From contig NZ_CP110504.1 of assembly GCF_028673255.1 (NCBI RefSeq), forward strand, positions 90,001 through 122,000: a stretch of 32,000 nt of DNA, written 5' to 3'. The notes below the pieces were generated by a model, which saw only the letters and a program-made list of their open reading frames with translations, searched no databases and had not been told where the DNA came from. Within the stretch, counting starts at the first letter, position 1; every line of letters starts with the position of its first letter. The position numbers were made by a program, and so were the translations under genes. The stretch comes from Candidatus Saccharimonadota bacterium. Its GTDB lineage: Bacteria > Bacteroidota > Bacteroidia > Flavobacteriales > Blattabacteriaceae. Below are positions 1 to 8,880 of the stretch, in pieces.

Positions 1-371
1 TTTGTTTTTACTGCTAAAGAAATTTTCGAGATAGTCTGTGATTGTATTCCTTTGGTAGCATCAACTAATAACAATACACCTTCACAAGCTGAAATAGATC
101 TTTCAACTTCATATGAAAAATCTACATGACCTGGTGTATCTATTAGATTTAAAATATATTTTTTATTTTCAAGAGTATATTCCATCTGAATCGGATGACT
201 TTTAATCGTTATTCCTCTTTTTCTCTCAATTTCAAGGTTATCTAAATATTGGTTTTTTTTTAGTATCTTTTCTCTTGAAATAGTATTAGTATATTCTAAG
301 AATCTATCTGCAAGAGTACTTTTTCCATGATCTATATGAGCTATAATACAAAAATTCCTAATATATTTCAT
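1..371 (-). CDS. lepA: Translation elongation factor 4 (LepA), N-terminal part; the gene runs off the left window edge
   Basis: Not in the ORF track. My reverse-strand translation from the ATG at 369-371 gives [26 protein letters not shown]...[23 protein letters not shown]. This has the G1 (AHIDHGKST) and G3 (DTPGH) motifs and the LepA-typical N-terminus. Confidence 0.9.
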   Translation of the reverse strand, partial: MKYIRNFCIIAHIDHGKSTLADRFLEYTNTISREKILKKNQYLDNLEIERKRGITIKSHPIQMEYTLENKKYILNLIDTPGHVDFSYEVERSISACEGVLLLVDATKGIQSQTISKISLAVKT

Positions 372-404
372 ATGAAACGTTAAAATAAACTTAATAAGAC
401 TTTC

Positions 405-1481
405 TTAATATAATATTTTATTAAGATTAAAAGATAAATCCAATATACTAAACCAAAAAATCAAAAAATTCTCAATTCCTTCTATTACTTCAGTAATTAA
501 TTTATTTATAAAACTTACTTTTTTAGTATTTATGTATTTACAAAAATTTTTCCAATTAAAATTTTTAGCAGACCAAAATGGATTCATGTAATTCTTATCA
601 TAATTATAACGATGGGCTATTCTAAAAATTTCTAATGAAAATAAAAGAAACATTTTTTTTTTATCCCGACTCCATAAATTAATATTAGAACACCATTTAA
701 ATAATAAATCTATTTTATTTTTTAACCCAAATAATAGTCTCATCCAAACAATAAAATTCTTCTTTAAAGATTTATCAAATAAATCATAATGCTCAATATT
801 ATAATATTTATAATAATAATATTTATAGCTCTTATTCGTATCGCATATTTTTAATATATTTATTACTATTAATTTTCTAATTAAGTTTTTTTTAAGTTGT
901 ATTTCAATTGGTTTTATATTATAGTTATAAATAGTATTTAAATTTATTCTATATACTATAGATTTAAAATTATTTAGAAAGAAATTTTCATTTTCTGAGA
1001 TAAAAACAAATATTACATTTTTTCTTGGTGAATATAAAATCTTTAATAACTTCTTATTAGCAGAAATATTTAAATACTCTGACATCCATATTATTACTAT
1101 TTTATGAGATAATTCATAAGGTTTGATATTTATGATTTTTAAAATATATTCAACTTGAAACAAAGAAATTTTTAAATCTATATTTTCAGAATTTATTTCT
1201 TTTTTCCAATTGAATAAACTCGCATAAGGTTTTTTAACTAAAAACTTAATAAATATCTCATCTATTTTGTTTTTCTCTTTTGGCAAAGGATACATAAAAA
1301 GAATATCAGGATGAGGCAAAACATTCTGTTTTAAGATATCTTTTTTAAAAAAAAACTTTATAAGTTTTACTCCTAATTTCAAATGACCACATCCTTCTGA
1401 TCCAAAAATTAAGATACCTGTTGGTAATATATTATATTTAAAACTTTTATATAACAATTTTTCTATTTTAAGATGAGTCAT
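405..1481 (-). CDS. holB: DNA polymerase III delta-prime-like clamp-loader subunit (divergent)
   Basis: The ORF spans 405..1580. The likely start is the internal Met at 1479-1481 (MTHLKIEKLL...). The segment GILIFGSEGCGHLKLGVKLIKFF sits where the AAA+ P-loop of delta-prime/gamma proteins lies, and the length (~358 aa) fits. The rest is too diverged to recognise by eye. Confidence 0.5.
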   Translation of the reverse strand: MTHLKIEKLLYKSFKYNILPTGILIFGSEGCGHLKLGVKLIKFFFKKDILKQNVLPHPDILFMYPLPKEKNKIDEIFIKFLVKKPYASLFNWKKEINSENIDLKISLFQVEYILKIINIKPYELSHKIVIIWMSEYLNISANKKLLKILYSPRKNVIFVFISENENFFLNNFKSIVYRINLNTIYNYNIKPIEIQLKKNLIRKLIVINILKICDTNKSYKYYYYKYYNIEHYDLFDKSLKKNFIVWMRLLFGLKNKIDLLFKWCSNINLWSRDKKKMFLLFSLEIFRIAHRYNYDKNYMNPFWSAKNFNWKNFCKYINTKKVSFINKLITEVIEGIENFLIFWFSILDLSFNLNKILY

Positions 1482-1623
1482 ATTTTTAACTGAATATTCA
1501 CTTTCATTTGCAATTTTGTGACAAATATAGTGCTTTTCAGATAGAATAAGAGAAATTCTAACTATAATGTAACTCTGCAAAACTCTGAAAGTTAAAATAT
1601 AGTAGTTTATTTTCTTAAATTTA

Positions 1624-3225
1624 CTAAATATTAAACCGTTTTTGTTTTAATGAAATTATTTTGTTAAAAACTAACTTTCTATTATTTTTCTTAGTACTTT
1701 TATTATCAAGACAAAAATAACCATTTCTTAAAAATTGATATTTTGTTTTAGAATTAGCATTTCTTAAAAATTGCTCTGCAAAAGCATTTACTTGTATTCT
1801 TGATTTTTTATTAATATAATCAGTAAAATTTTTAATTTTTTCAGGACATTTAATGTTAAATAATTTTCCATATAAATTTATTTTAATTGGTAAAGAATAT
1901 TTTTTAGCTACCCAATGCAAAGTAGCCTTATACTTACTTTTATCTTTGTATATTTTACATAATATATATTTTATACTTCCATTTTTCTTTTTTATTATAG
2001 ATTTCGCCTTTATTGTAAATGCTGATTTTAATCTTACTTTTTGTCCAATAGATAAACGCCAAAATTTATCTTTTTTATTTTCTATGAAGTCCTTGCTTTC
2101 TATGTAAATTTCTTTTGAGAATGGAATATTTCTATCTTTAAATCTTAACCATTTAGTCTCATTTAAATTTTCTATTTTTAAAGTTAAAGGATTAAATACA
2201 ACCATTACTTGTTCAGCTATCTTAGCTAAGTTTTTTTTTAAATAAAATTCTAATAAATAAATATCAATATTATTTTCTCGTTTTGAAATTCCTATTTCTT
2301 TTATAAACTTACAGATAGCATCAGGAGTAAATCCTCTTCTTCTAAGTCCAGAAATGGTAGGTAATCTTGGGTCATCCCAATTCTCTACTATTTGTTTTTC
2401 TATTAAAAATTTAATTTTTGTTTTACTCATTATCGAGTAATTTAAATTTAATCTGGAAAACTCGTATTGTTTTGGTAATATATGACCAGAACTTTTAATT
2501 TTACTAAGAAACCAATTATATAATGGTTTATTATGTTGAAATTCTAACGTACATAAAGAATGAGATATTTTTTCTAAATAATCATTTTGTCCATGTGCCC
2601 AATCGTAAGTTGGATATATGAACCACTTTTTTCCTGTTTTGTAGTGCTTTTTCTTAATTATTCTGTACATAATAGGATCTCTAAGGTTTATATTCGGTGA
2701 ATTCATATCTATCTTAGCCCGTAATACACATTCACCTTCTTTAAAACAACCATTTTTCATTTTTTTAAATAATTCTAAATTCTCATATATCGACCTCTTT
2801 CTATATGGACTTTCTATACCATCTTCATAACTAGATCTTCTTTGTTCTTTAATCTTCTTTTTTGTTTGACTGTCTACAAAAGCTTTACCTTGCAAAATTA
2901 ATTTTTTAGCTAATTTATAAAGCTCTACAAAATAATCTGAGGCATAAGTTTCTTTACACCATTTAAATCCTAGCCAATTTATATCTTTTTTTATTGCTTT
3001 AATAAATTTGGTTTCTTCGTTAATAGGATTAGTATCATCAAAACGTAATATAAAAGGACATTTGTATTTTCTCGCTAATGAATAATTTAAATATATTGAT
3101 TTCACATGCCCTAAGTGTAAAAAACCATTAGGTTCTGGAGGAAATCTAAATGATAAGTTTTTCTTAGGTAAACCATTTTTAATATCTTTATCAATAATTT
3201 TTTCTAAAAAATTTGTTTTAGACAT
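1624..3225 (-). CDS. glnS: Glutaminyl-tRNA synthetase
   Basis: 533 aa. It has the class I HIGH region FRFPPEPNGFLHLGHVKSI and an MSKTK (KMSKS-like) motif. The overall pattern matches GlnRS. Confidence 0.9.
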   Translation of the reverse strand: MSKTNFLEKIIDKDIKNGLPKKNLSFRFPPEPNGFLHLGHVKSIYLNYSLARKYKCPFILRFDDTNPINEETKFIKAIKKDINWLGFKWCKETYASDYFVELYKLAKKLILQGKAFVDSQTKKKIKEQRRSSYEDGIESPYRKRSIYENLELFKKMKNGCFKEGECVLRAKIDMNSPNINLRDPIMYRIIKKKHYKTGKKWFIYPTYDWAHGQNDYLEKISHSLCTLEFQHNKPLYNWFLSKIKSSGHILPKQYEFSRLNLNYSIMSKTKIKFLIEKQIVENWDDPRLPTISGLRRRGFTPDAICKFIKEIGISKRENNIDIYLLEFYLKKNLAKIAEQVMVVFNPLTLKIENLNETKWLRFKDRNIPFSKEIYIESKDFIENKKDKFWRLSIGQKVRLKSAFTIKAKSIIKKKNGSIKYILCKIYKDKSKYKATLHWVAKKYSLPIKINLYGKLFNIKCPEKIKNFTDYINKKSRIQVNAFAEQFLRNANSKTKYQFLRNGYFCLDNKSTKKNNRKLVFNKIISLKQKRFNI

Positions 3226-3231
3226 ATATTA

Positions 3232-4968
3232 TCACGATCTTATATAGAATAAGAAATTATTTAAGTCTGAGTGAGAGATTCCACTAATCTTTATAGCTTC
3301 TCCAATATTTTTTGGTCTAAACTTAGAAAATTTTTCAATAGCTTCTTTAGATAAAGATTTCATTTGATAAAAATTAAAATTTTTAGGAATTCTTAATTTA
3401 TTTAATTTTGAAATTTTTTTTATGTTTTTTTCTTCTTTTTTTATATAAACTTTATATTTCATATTTATATATACTTTCTTTAATATCTCCTTGTTTAGTT
3501 TCTTGTTTTTATTTTCAATTTCTTTCATTTTATTTCTAATATTCAAATAGTTTATACAACTATTAATTTTATTCGTTTGACTTCTTAAGTTGTCTATAAT
3601 ATTATTAGAAATTAATCCTAATTTATATGCTATAGGCATTAATCTTTTCTCTGCGTTATCTTGTCTTAATAAAAGTCTATATTCAGCTCGTGAAGTAAAC
3701 ATTCTATATGGTTCCTGTGTACCTTTATTTATTAAATCATCTATTAAAACGCCAATATATGCTTCATTTCTTTTTAAGATTAACGGTTTTTTTTTCTTAA
3801 TTTTTAAGTGAGCATTTATGCCAGCGAGTAATCCTTGTGCTGCAGCTTCTTCATATCCAGTAGTTCCATTTATCTGTCCTGCAAAAAAAAGGTTTCTAAT
3901 TCTTTTGGTTTCTAAATTTTTTTTTAATTGAATTGGATTAAAATAATCATACTCTATTGCATATCCTGGTTTTAAAATTTTAGCTTTTTCAAATCCAGGT
4001 ATTTTTAGTAAAGCTTTTTCTTGTATATCTATTGGTAAAGAGGTGGAAAAACCATTTATATACATTTCTATATAGTTTGTACCTTCTGGTTCTACAAATA
4101 TTTGATGCCTAGTCTTAGTAGGAAATCTATATATTTTTTCTTCAATAGATGGACAATATCTTGGCCCTAGACTTTGAACATTTCCATTATATAATGGAGA
4201 AAGATAAATATTTTTTCTAATTAATTCATGAACTTGCTTGTTAGTATAAGTGATATAACATATATTTTGTTTACTTTTTGTTTTTTTCTTTAAATATGAA
4301 AAATATTCGATTGGAATATCTCCATATTGAGTTTTCATTTTACTATAATTTAAAGATCTAGAATATACTCTTGGTGATGTCCCAGTTTTAAGACGTCCAG
4401 AAAAAAATCCCATATTTTCGAGTTTTTTAGTTAATCCTAATATTGGTTTTTCTGATAATCTCCCCCCTTCTGTTTTTTTATTACCAATATAAATTATCCC
4501 ATTTAGAAATGTACCAGCAGCTAAAATTACTGCCTTGCCAAAGAATTTTTGCCCAATTATAGATTTTACACCGATTATTTTATTATTAATAATTAGAAAG
4601 TCTATGATAGTTGCTTTACGAATTTCTAAGTTATTAATTTTTTTTAAAGCAGATTTCCAATTTTTTGAAAATTTTATTCTCTCACATTGAGCTCTTGGAC
4701 TCCACATGGCAGGCCCTTTAGACTTGTTTAACATTCTAAATTGAATCAAACTTCTGTCAGTTATAATTCCTGAGGCCCCCCCTAAGGCATCTATTTCCTT
4801 TATAATTTGGCCTTTGGCAATACCACCCATTGCGGGATTGCAAGACATTTTCGCTATATTATTTGTATTAGTAGTAATTAGCAAAGTATTAGAGCCTAAT
4901 TTTGCAGATACTGCAGCTGCCTCTGAGCCAGCATGTCCTGCTCCTACTACAATTATATCAAAATACAT
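3232..4968 (-). CDS. mnmG: tRNA uridine 5-carboxymethylaminomethyl modification enzyme MnmG (GidA)
   Basis: 578 aa. The N-terminal FAD fold is [15 protein letters not shown], followed by [23 protein letters not shown] and [16 protein letters not shown], all hallmark MnmG segments. Confidence 0.93.
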   Translation of the reverse strand: MYFDIIVVGAGHAGSEAAAVSAKLGSNTLLITTNTNNIAKMSCNPAMGGIAKGQIIKEIDALGGASGIITDRSLIQFRMLNKSKGPAMWSPRAQCERIKFSKNWKSALKKINNLEIRKATIIDFLIINNKIIGVKSIIGQKFFGKAVILAAGTFLNGIIYIGNKKTEGGRLSEKPILGLTKKLENMGFFSGRLKTGTSPRVYSRSLNYSKMKTQYGDIPIEYFSYLKKKTKSKQNICYITYTNKQVHELIRKNIYLSPLYNGNVQSLGPRYCPSIEEKIYRFPTKTRHQIFVEPEGTNYIEMYINGFSTSLPIDIQEKALLKIPGFEKAKILKPGYAIEYDYFNPIQLKKNLETKRIRNLFFAGQINGTTGYEEAAAQGLLAGINAHLKIKKKKPLILKRNEAYIGVLIDDLINKGTQEPYRMFTSRAEYRLLLRQDNAEKRLMPIAYKLGLISNNIIDNLRSQTNKINSCINYLNIRNKMKEIENKNKKLNKEILKKVYINMKYKVYIKKEEKNIKKISKLNKLRIPKNFNFYQMKSLSKEAIEKFSKFRPKNIGEAIKISGISHSDLNNFLFYIRS

Positions 4969-5022
4969 CTAGATCAATTTTTCTATTATCTTATATTTTA
5001 TATATTAAAATTATATCTCTTA

Positions 5023-5093
5023 AGGTACTGAGTGGAATTGAACCACTGTTAAAGATTTTGCAGACCTTTACCTAACCACTCGGCCACAGTACC
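5023..5093 (-). tRNA. tRNA-Cys (GCA)
   Basis: I folded it by hand as a 71-nt cloverleaf. The acceptor is GGTACTG/CAGTACC, the anticodon loop CTGCAAA and the T-loop TTCAATT. The discriminator is U and no CCA is encoded. Confidence 0.85.
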
Positions 5094-5188
5094 AAGAATT
5101 TTTATAATATTATTAAATAAGAAATTTAGCTATATAAAATTAGATTTTAAAATAATATTTTTTTAATTTAAAGTATTTTAAATAGTAA

Positions 5189-5809
5189 ATGAAAGTAATA
5201 GTTTTAAAGGCAGAACAAAGATTTATTGTAAAAAAAAAACAAATGAAAAGTTTCAGAGAATCTGGTTATTTACCGTGTACAGTGTACGGTAAGAATAAAA
5301 ACATTAATTTCTTTTTGGATTATTATTTAATTGAACAAATTTTAAAAAATAAAACTATAAACAAATTTATGATTTCGATAAATAATGAAATTAATATTAC
5401 TACAATTTTAAAAGAAATACAATATCACCCAATCAATGAGAAAATATTACATTTAGACTTTTGTGAACTAAATAAAAAAAAATATATTACTTATGAGGTT
5501 CCTATTAAGCCTAAAGGTTTGCCTAAAGGAGTCTCTAACGGTGGAGAATATATATATAAACTACGAAGATTAAAAATTAAGGCTTTACCGAAAGATATGG
5601 TTGATCATATAGAAATAAATATTGAAAATTTAGATATAGGAGAAAATTTTTATGTTAAAAATTTAAATACAAAACAAATAGTAATATTACATGACTCTAA
5701 AACAGTTATATCATCAGTTAAAGCTCTGAAAAAAGAATGTAATGAGAAAGAAAAGACAGAAAATACTAATGATATTAAATCAGATCTTTTCAATAAAGAT
5801 GCTAAGTAG
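5189..5809 (+). CDS. rplY: 50S ribosomal protein L25 (long Ctc form)
   Basis: 206 aa. RESGYLPCTVYG matches the L25 N-terminal signature (R..G.iPav.YG). The length fits the two-domain Ctc type. Confidence 0.85.
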   Translation: MKVIVLKAEQRFIVKKKQMKSFRESGYLPCTVYGKNKNINFFLDYYLIEQILKNKTINKFMISINNEINITTILKEIQYHPINEKILHLDFCELNKKKYITYEVPIKPKGLPKGVSNGGEYIYKLRRLKIKALPKDMVDHIEINIENLDIGENFYVKNLNTKQIVILHDSKTVISSVKALKKECNEKEKTENTNDIKSDLFNKDAK

Positions 5810-5887
5810 AATAAAAAAGATTGTATCATATCTTTTATTTTTCTTATGCTTTAAGCAATTTGTTAAAATTTTAATCTTTTATTTTTA

Positions 5888-5987
5888 AATTAGTAAGTAC
5901 AACATTTAATTTAATAACAAGAACTGCAGCTGTAGTTTATTTTTAATTTTGTAATTAGTAAGTACAACATTTAATTTAATAACAAGA
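5888..5987. repeat. Perfect 35-bp direct repeat (5888-5922 and 5953-5987). The second copy contains the gltX stop codon and its last 5 codons.
   Basis: AATTAGTAAGTACAACATTTAATTTAATAACAAGA occurs twice, 65 bp apart. An 18-nt box TTTTTAATTTTGTAATTA also recurs at 5940-5957 and 6021-6038, the latter inside gltX. Confidence 0.9.
5922..5937. terminator. Candidate bidirectional hairpin between the convergent genes rplY and gltX
   Basis: AACTGC-AGCT-GTAGTT can form a 6-bp stem (one G.U pair) with a 4-nt loop. It is a GC-richer island in AT-rich spacer and is followed on the + strand by TTATTTTTAATTTT. Confidence 0.25.
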
Positions 5988-7482
5988 TTACATTACAAAT
6001 TCTTTTAATGATATCTTGTGTTTTTAATTTTGTAATTATAAACAAGATTTCTAATCCTACTAATTTCCCTACTAAACTTAAACGTAAAAGTTTTAAGAAA
6101 TAATGTATCTTAATATTTTTCTTAAAAGCTAATTTAGCCAAAAAAAGTCTTAATAACTTTAAATTATTTTTGTCATAATTATTAAACCATTCTATTATTA
6201 AAAATAATATTTTTTTTGTTATTTTTATATTTATTATTTGTTTTTTTATGTAGTTTTTCTTTAAAGTTGGTTTTTTAAAAAAATAAATTGCTTTTTCTAT
6301 AATTTGATATACAAAAGTACATTGTGATCTAATTCGTAATATAATTTGTTTTATAGTTTTATCATTATTAAAATAAATTTTTTGTTCATTCAAACATAAT
6401 TTAACTAATCTCGTCAATTCATCAATAGATCGGCTTTGTAGATGTCTATGATTAATCCAGTCAATTTTTTGTTTATCAAACCTCGCAGATGAAAAATTAA
6501 TATCCTTTAATGAAAATGTAGCTATTAATTCTTTTAATGAAAAAATTTCTTGCTCGCAGCCTGGGTTCCACCCAAACAATGCTAACATATTAAGCAAAGC
6601 ATCAGGGAAATATCCTAATTCACGATAACCAAGTATAGTTTTTAATTTAATCGGATCTTTCCATTTTAATGGAAAAATAGGAATATTTAATTTATTATAA
6701 TTTCTTTTACTTAATTTACCTTTTCCAAAACTATTTAATATCAAAGGAAGATGTATAAATTTCGGCATTTTCCAATTAAAATAATAATACAACACATGCA
6801 ATATAGGAAAAGAAGATATCCATTCTTCTCCTTTAATAACATGTGTAATTTTCATCAGATGATCATCGATTACATTTGCTAAATGATATGTTACATTTCC
6901 ATCAGATTTTACTAATACCTTATCATCGATTACATTTGAATTTATTGATATATTCCCCCGTAATAGATCATAAACCTTAATAGTCTTTGATACAGGAACG
7001 TTTAATCTTATTATATATTTTGTTTGTTTCTTTTTAATTTGATTATAATAACAATTATTAAAGGAATTTTTTAGATTTTTTCTAGTTGAATAATTATAAA
7101 TAAATAATTTACCTTTGTCTTTATACTCAGTTCTTATTTGTTTTAATTCATCTTTTGATTCAAAAGCATAGTAAGCATAATTCTTTTTCAATAAATATTT
7201 AACATATTTTTTGTATATATGTTTTCTTTTAGATTGACGATATGGTCCATAATTTCCATTGTCTGGTCCCTCATCAGCCTGAATACCACACCATTTTAGA
7301 GAATTCAAAATGTGTTTTTCAGATGCTTTAATATATCTCTCTTTATCTGTATCTTCAAATCTTATTATAAAAGATCCTTTTTTCTTCTTTGCAAACAAAT
7401 AATTAAATAATGCAGTTCTTAAATTACCAATATGCAATGGTCCAGTTGGACTTGGTGCAAAACGTACTCTAATATTTTTCAT
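5971..7482 (-). CDS. gltX: Glutamyl-tRNA synthetase
   Basis: 503 aa. It has RVRFAPSPTGPLHIGNLRTALFNY (the HIGH region) and KLSKR (KMSKS). Confidence 0.93.
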   Translation of the reverse strand: MKNIRVRFAPSPTGPLHIGNLRTALFNYLFAKKKKGSFIIRFEDTDKERYIKASEKHILNSLKWCGIQADEGPDNGNYGPYRQSKRKHIYKKYVKYLLKKNYAYYAFESKDELKQIRTEYKDKGKLFIYNYSTRKNLKNSFNNCYYNQIKKKQTKYIIRLNVPVSKTIKVYDLLRGNISINSNVIDDKVLVKSDGNVTYHLANVIDDHLMKITHVIKGEEWISSFPILHVLYYYFNWKMPKFIHLPLILNSFGKGKLSKRNYNKLNIPIFPLKWKDPIKLKTILGYRELGYFPDALLNMLALFGWNPGCEQEIFSLKELIATFSLKDINFSSARFDKQKIDWINHRHLQSRSIDELTRLVKLCLNEQKIYFNNDKTIKQIILRIRSQCTFVYQIIEKAIYFFKKPTLKKNYIKKQIINIKITKKILFLIIEWFNNYDKNNLKLLRLFLAKLAFKKNIKIHYFLKLLRLSLVGKLVGLEILFIITKLKTQDIIKRICNVILLLN

Positions 7483-7688
7483 TTCTTTCTTTTTATTATT
7501 TGTTTCTCAATATTTATATTGTTATATAAGATGGTATAATATTTTTTTTTAACTGAAGCAGTAAATAAAATTGCTAATTTTTTTGGGACTAACAAATTTT
7601 TGGCGTATCCACATTGAACATCAACTATATCATATTTAAATCCTAATGGAGGAACATCCTTAATTAATAGAATTTTAATTTCTTTCAT
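7479..7688 (-). CDS. rplI: 50S ribosomal protein L9, N-terminal domain only (69 aa)
   Basis: MKEIKILLIKDVPPLGFKYDIVDVQCGYAKNLLVPKKLA matches the L9 N-domain consensus (V.LL.DV..LGkkGd.v.Vk.GYarNfLiPkglA). The ORF stops after about 69 aa and overlaps the gltX start by 4 nt. Confidence 0.8.
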   Translation of the reverse strand: MKEIKILLIKDVPPLGFKYDIVDVQCGYAKNLLVPKKLAILFTASVKKKYYTILYNNINIEKQIIKRKK

Positions 7689-7709
7689 TTAGTTTCTTTA
7701 AAACTTAAT

Positions 7710-7979
7710 TTATTGAAAATTATCAGTAGTGAAAGGTAATAAACCAATATGTCGGCATCTTTTTATTGCGATTTTAAGTCTTCTATGTTGTTTTGCGGTA
7801 GTATAAGTTATTTTTCTTGGTAAAATTTCACCCATTTCATTTAAAAAATTTTTTAATAAATAATAATTTTTATAATCTATATAATTAATATTATTCTTTT
7901 TGAAAGAACATTTTTTCTTATTTTTTTTATTTTCTATATTGAAAGGTGTTAAAAATTTTATTTCAGATTTATTAATCAT
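7710..7979 (-). CDS. rpsR: 30S ribosomal protein S18
   Basis: 89 aa. The C-terminal ILPRKITYTTAKQHRRLKIAIKRCRHIGLLPF is the S18 signature. It sits in the conserved rpsF-rpsR-rplI order. Confidence 0.9.
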   Translation of the reverse strand: MINKSEIKFLTPFNIENKKNKKKCSFKKNNINYIDYKNYYLLKNFLNEMGEILPRKITYTTAKQHRRLKIAIKRCRHIGLLPFTTDNFQ

Positions 7980-7992
7980 TATTTCTTTTATT

Positions 7993-8301
7993 TCAGATTA
8001 TATTAAATCTTTCATCTAAATAATATTTAGATTTTTTAGTAATTTTAATAATTAAAAATCGAATTATGTTTTCATTTTGAGTTATTTTTTTTGCTATCTT
8101 TTTAACTGAGGTTTTTAAAATTTTACAATAAAATATATAAAAAAGTCCATATTTTTTTTGCCCCCAGTTCACTATATAAAGTATTTCTCCTTCTCTTTTT
8201 AAGAAAGTTTCTACGTTATAAAGAATTTTTTTTTTCTCTTCTGCTGAAACAGTTGGAGAAATAACTATTAATGTTTCATAACATGCTGATTTAAAATCCA
8301 T
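7993..8301 (-). CDS. rpsF: 30S ribosomal protein S6
   Basis: 102 aa. YETLIVISPTVSAEE resembles the S6 N-terminus (YE.vfIl.P). It lies directly upstream of rpsR. Confidence 0.8.
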   Translation of the reverse strand: MDFKSACYETLIVISPTVSAEEKKKILYNVETFLKREGEILYIVNWGQKKYGLFYIFYCKILKTSVKKIAKKITQNENIIRFLIIKITKKSKYYLDERFNII

Positions 8302-8325
8302 CTTTTATAAGGAATTTCTCTTTAA

Positions 8326-8624
8326 TGGAGCTGACGGGATTCGAACCCGTGTCCAAAAAGTAATATAATAAGACGTCTACATATTTAGCTTATAAAAGTT
8401 ATAATCTAATTTTAGTTATAAGCCCTAAAAGTAGAAGAATAAAAAGAAACAAATAATTGCATAACTTACTTCTTAACTGTCTTAGCTTAAGTACTTAAGC
8501 TGCAAGAGAGTAATTCTTGGTTTCGCCTCTTATTTCTTTGTAATGAATTTTTTACGTGATTACATTACATTTCACGATATGCTTTCTTATTATATTTACT
8601 TTCTGTCAAAACCAAAGCAGCCCC
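8326..8624 (-). ncRNA. ssrA: tmRNA (SsrA), about 299 nt, with tag ORF GETKNYSLAA-stop at 8495-8527
   Basis: On the reverse strand the 5' end is GGGGCTGCTTTGGTTTTGACAG. The 3' tRNA-like end is GGACACGGGTTCGAATCCCGTCAGCTCCA. An internal GGC GAA ACC AAG AAT TAC TCT CTT GCA GCT TAA encodes a Bacteroidota-style tag ending in LAA. Confidence 0.9.
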
Positions 8625-8634
8625 TAAGTTAGTA

Positions 8635-8880
8635 CTATAATACTGATAGAAGAATTTTTTTTCCTTTTTTTTGAAAAGAAACCTTTCCATAAATATACGA
8701 ATGGATCGAATAATCTTTACTCATATAAACATTTTTAAGTGGTATAAATTTAGAGCCACGTTGTTTTACAAGAATATTTCCAGGCTTAACTATGTTACCA
8801 CAATATTTTTTAACACCTAATCGTTTACTTTTAGAATCACGTCCATTTCTAGAACTTCCTACTCCCTTTTTGTGTGCCAT
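8635..8880 (-). CDS. rpmA: 50S ribosomal protein L27
   Basis: 81 aa. [24 protein letters not shown] is the canonical L27 N-terminus. Confidence 0.95.
   Translation of the reverse strand: MAHKKGVGSSRNGRDSKSKRLGVKKYCGNIVKPGNILVKQRGSKFIPLKNVYMSKDYSIHSYIYGKVSFQKKGKKILLSVL

Noticed and set aside
1482-1580. 33-codon upstream extension of the holB-like ORF (MQSYIIVRISLILSEKHYICHKIANESEYSVKN)
   Set aside because: It does not resemble clamp-loader N-termini. The P-loop-position motif sits at the expected distance from the internal Met at 1481. The extension is probably an open frame by chance.
1853-2107. Antisense ORFs from the six-frame track that lie inside well-supported genes. They are 1853-2107, 3590-3811, 9442-9627, 10492-10719, 10766-11059, 11794-12003, 13367-13555, 15209-15493, 15605-15799, 16166-16501, 16452-16691, 18357-18611, 22784-23002, 23177-23395, 25973-26158, 27183-27437 and 29654-29836.
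   Set aside because: Each lies opposite a gene with strong family motifs. Their translations are low-complexity F/I/L-rich strings, as expected from reading Lys/Asn/Ile-rich AT-biased genes backwards. None shows a recognisable motif.
5815-5836. AT-rich hairpins near gene ends. They are AAAAGAT-N8-ATCTTTT after rplY, AAAGGT-TATAT-ACCTTT at 27668-27684 after dnaE, TTATATCGT/ACGTATATAA at ~25271-25290 between proS and the cysteine desulfurase, and TACGT-N7-ACGTA at 17978-17994.
   Set aside because: The stems are short and almost entirely A-T, so they are expected by chance at this base composition. There is no consistent U-tract on the relevant strand, which is not enough to call terminators.
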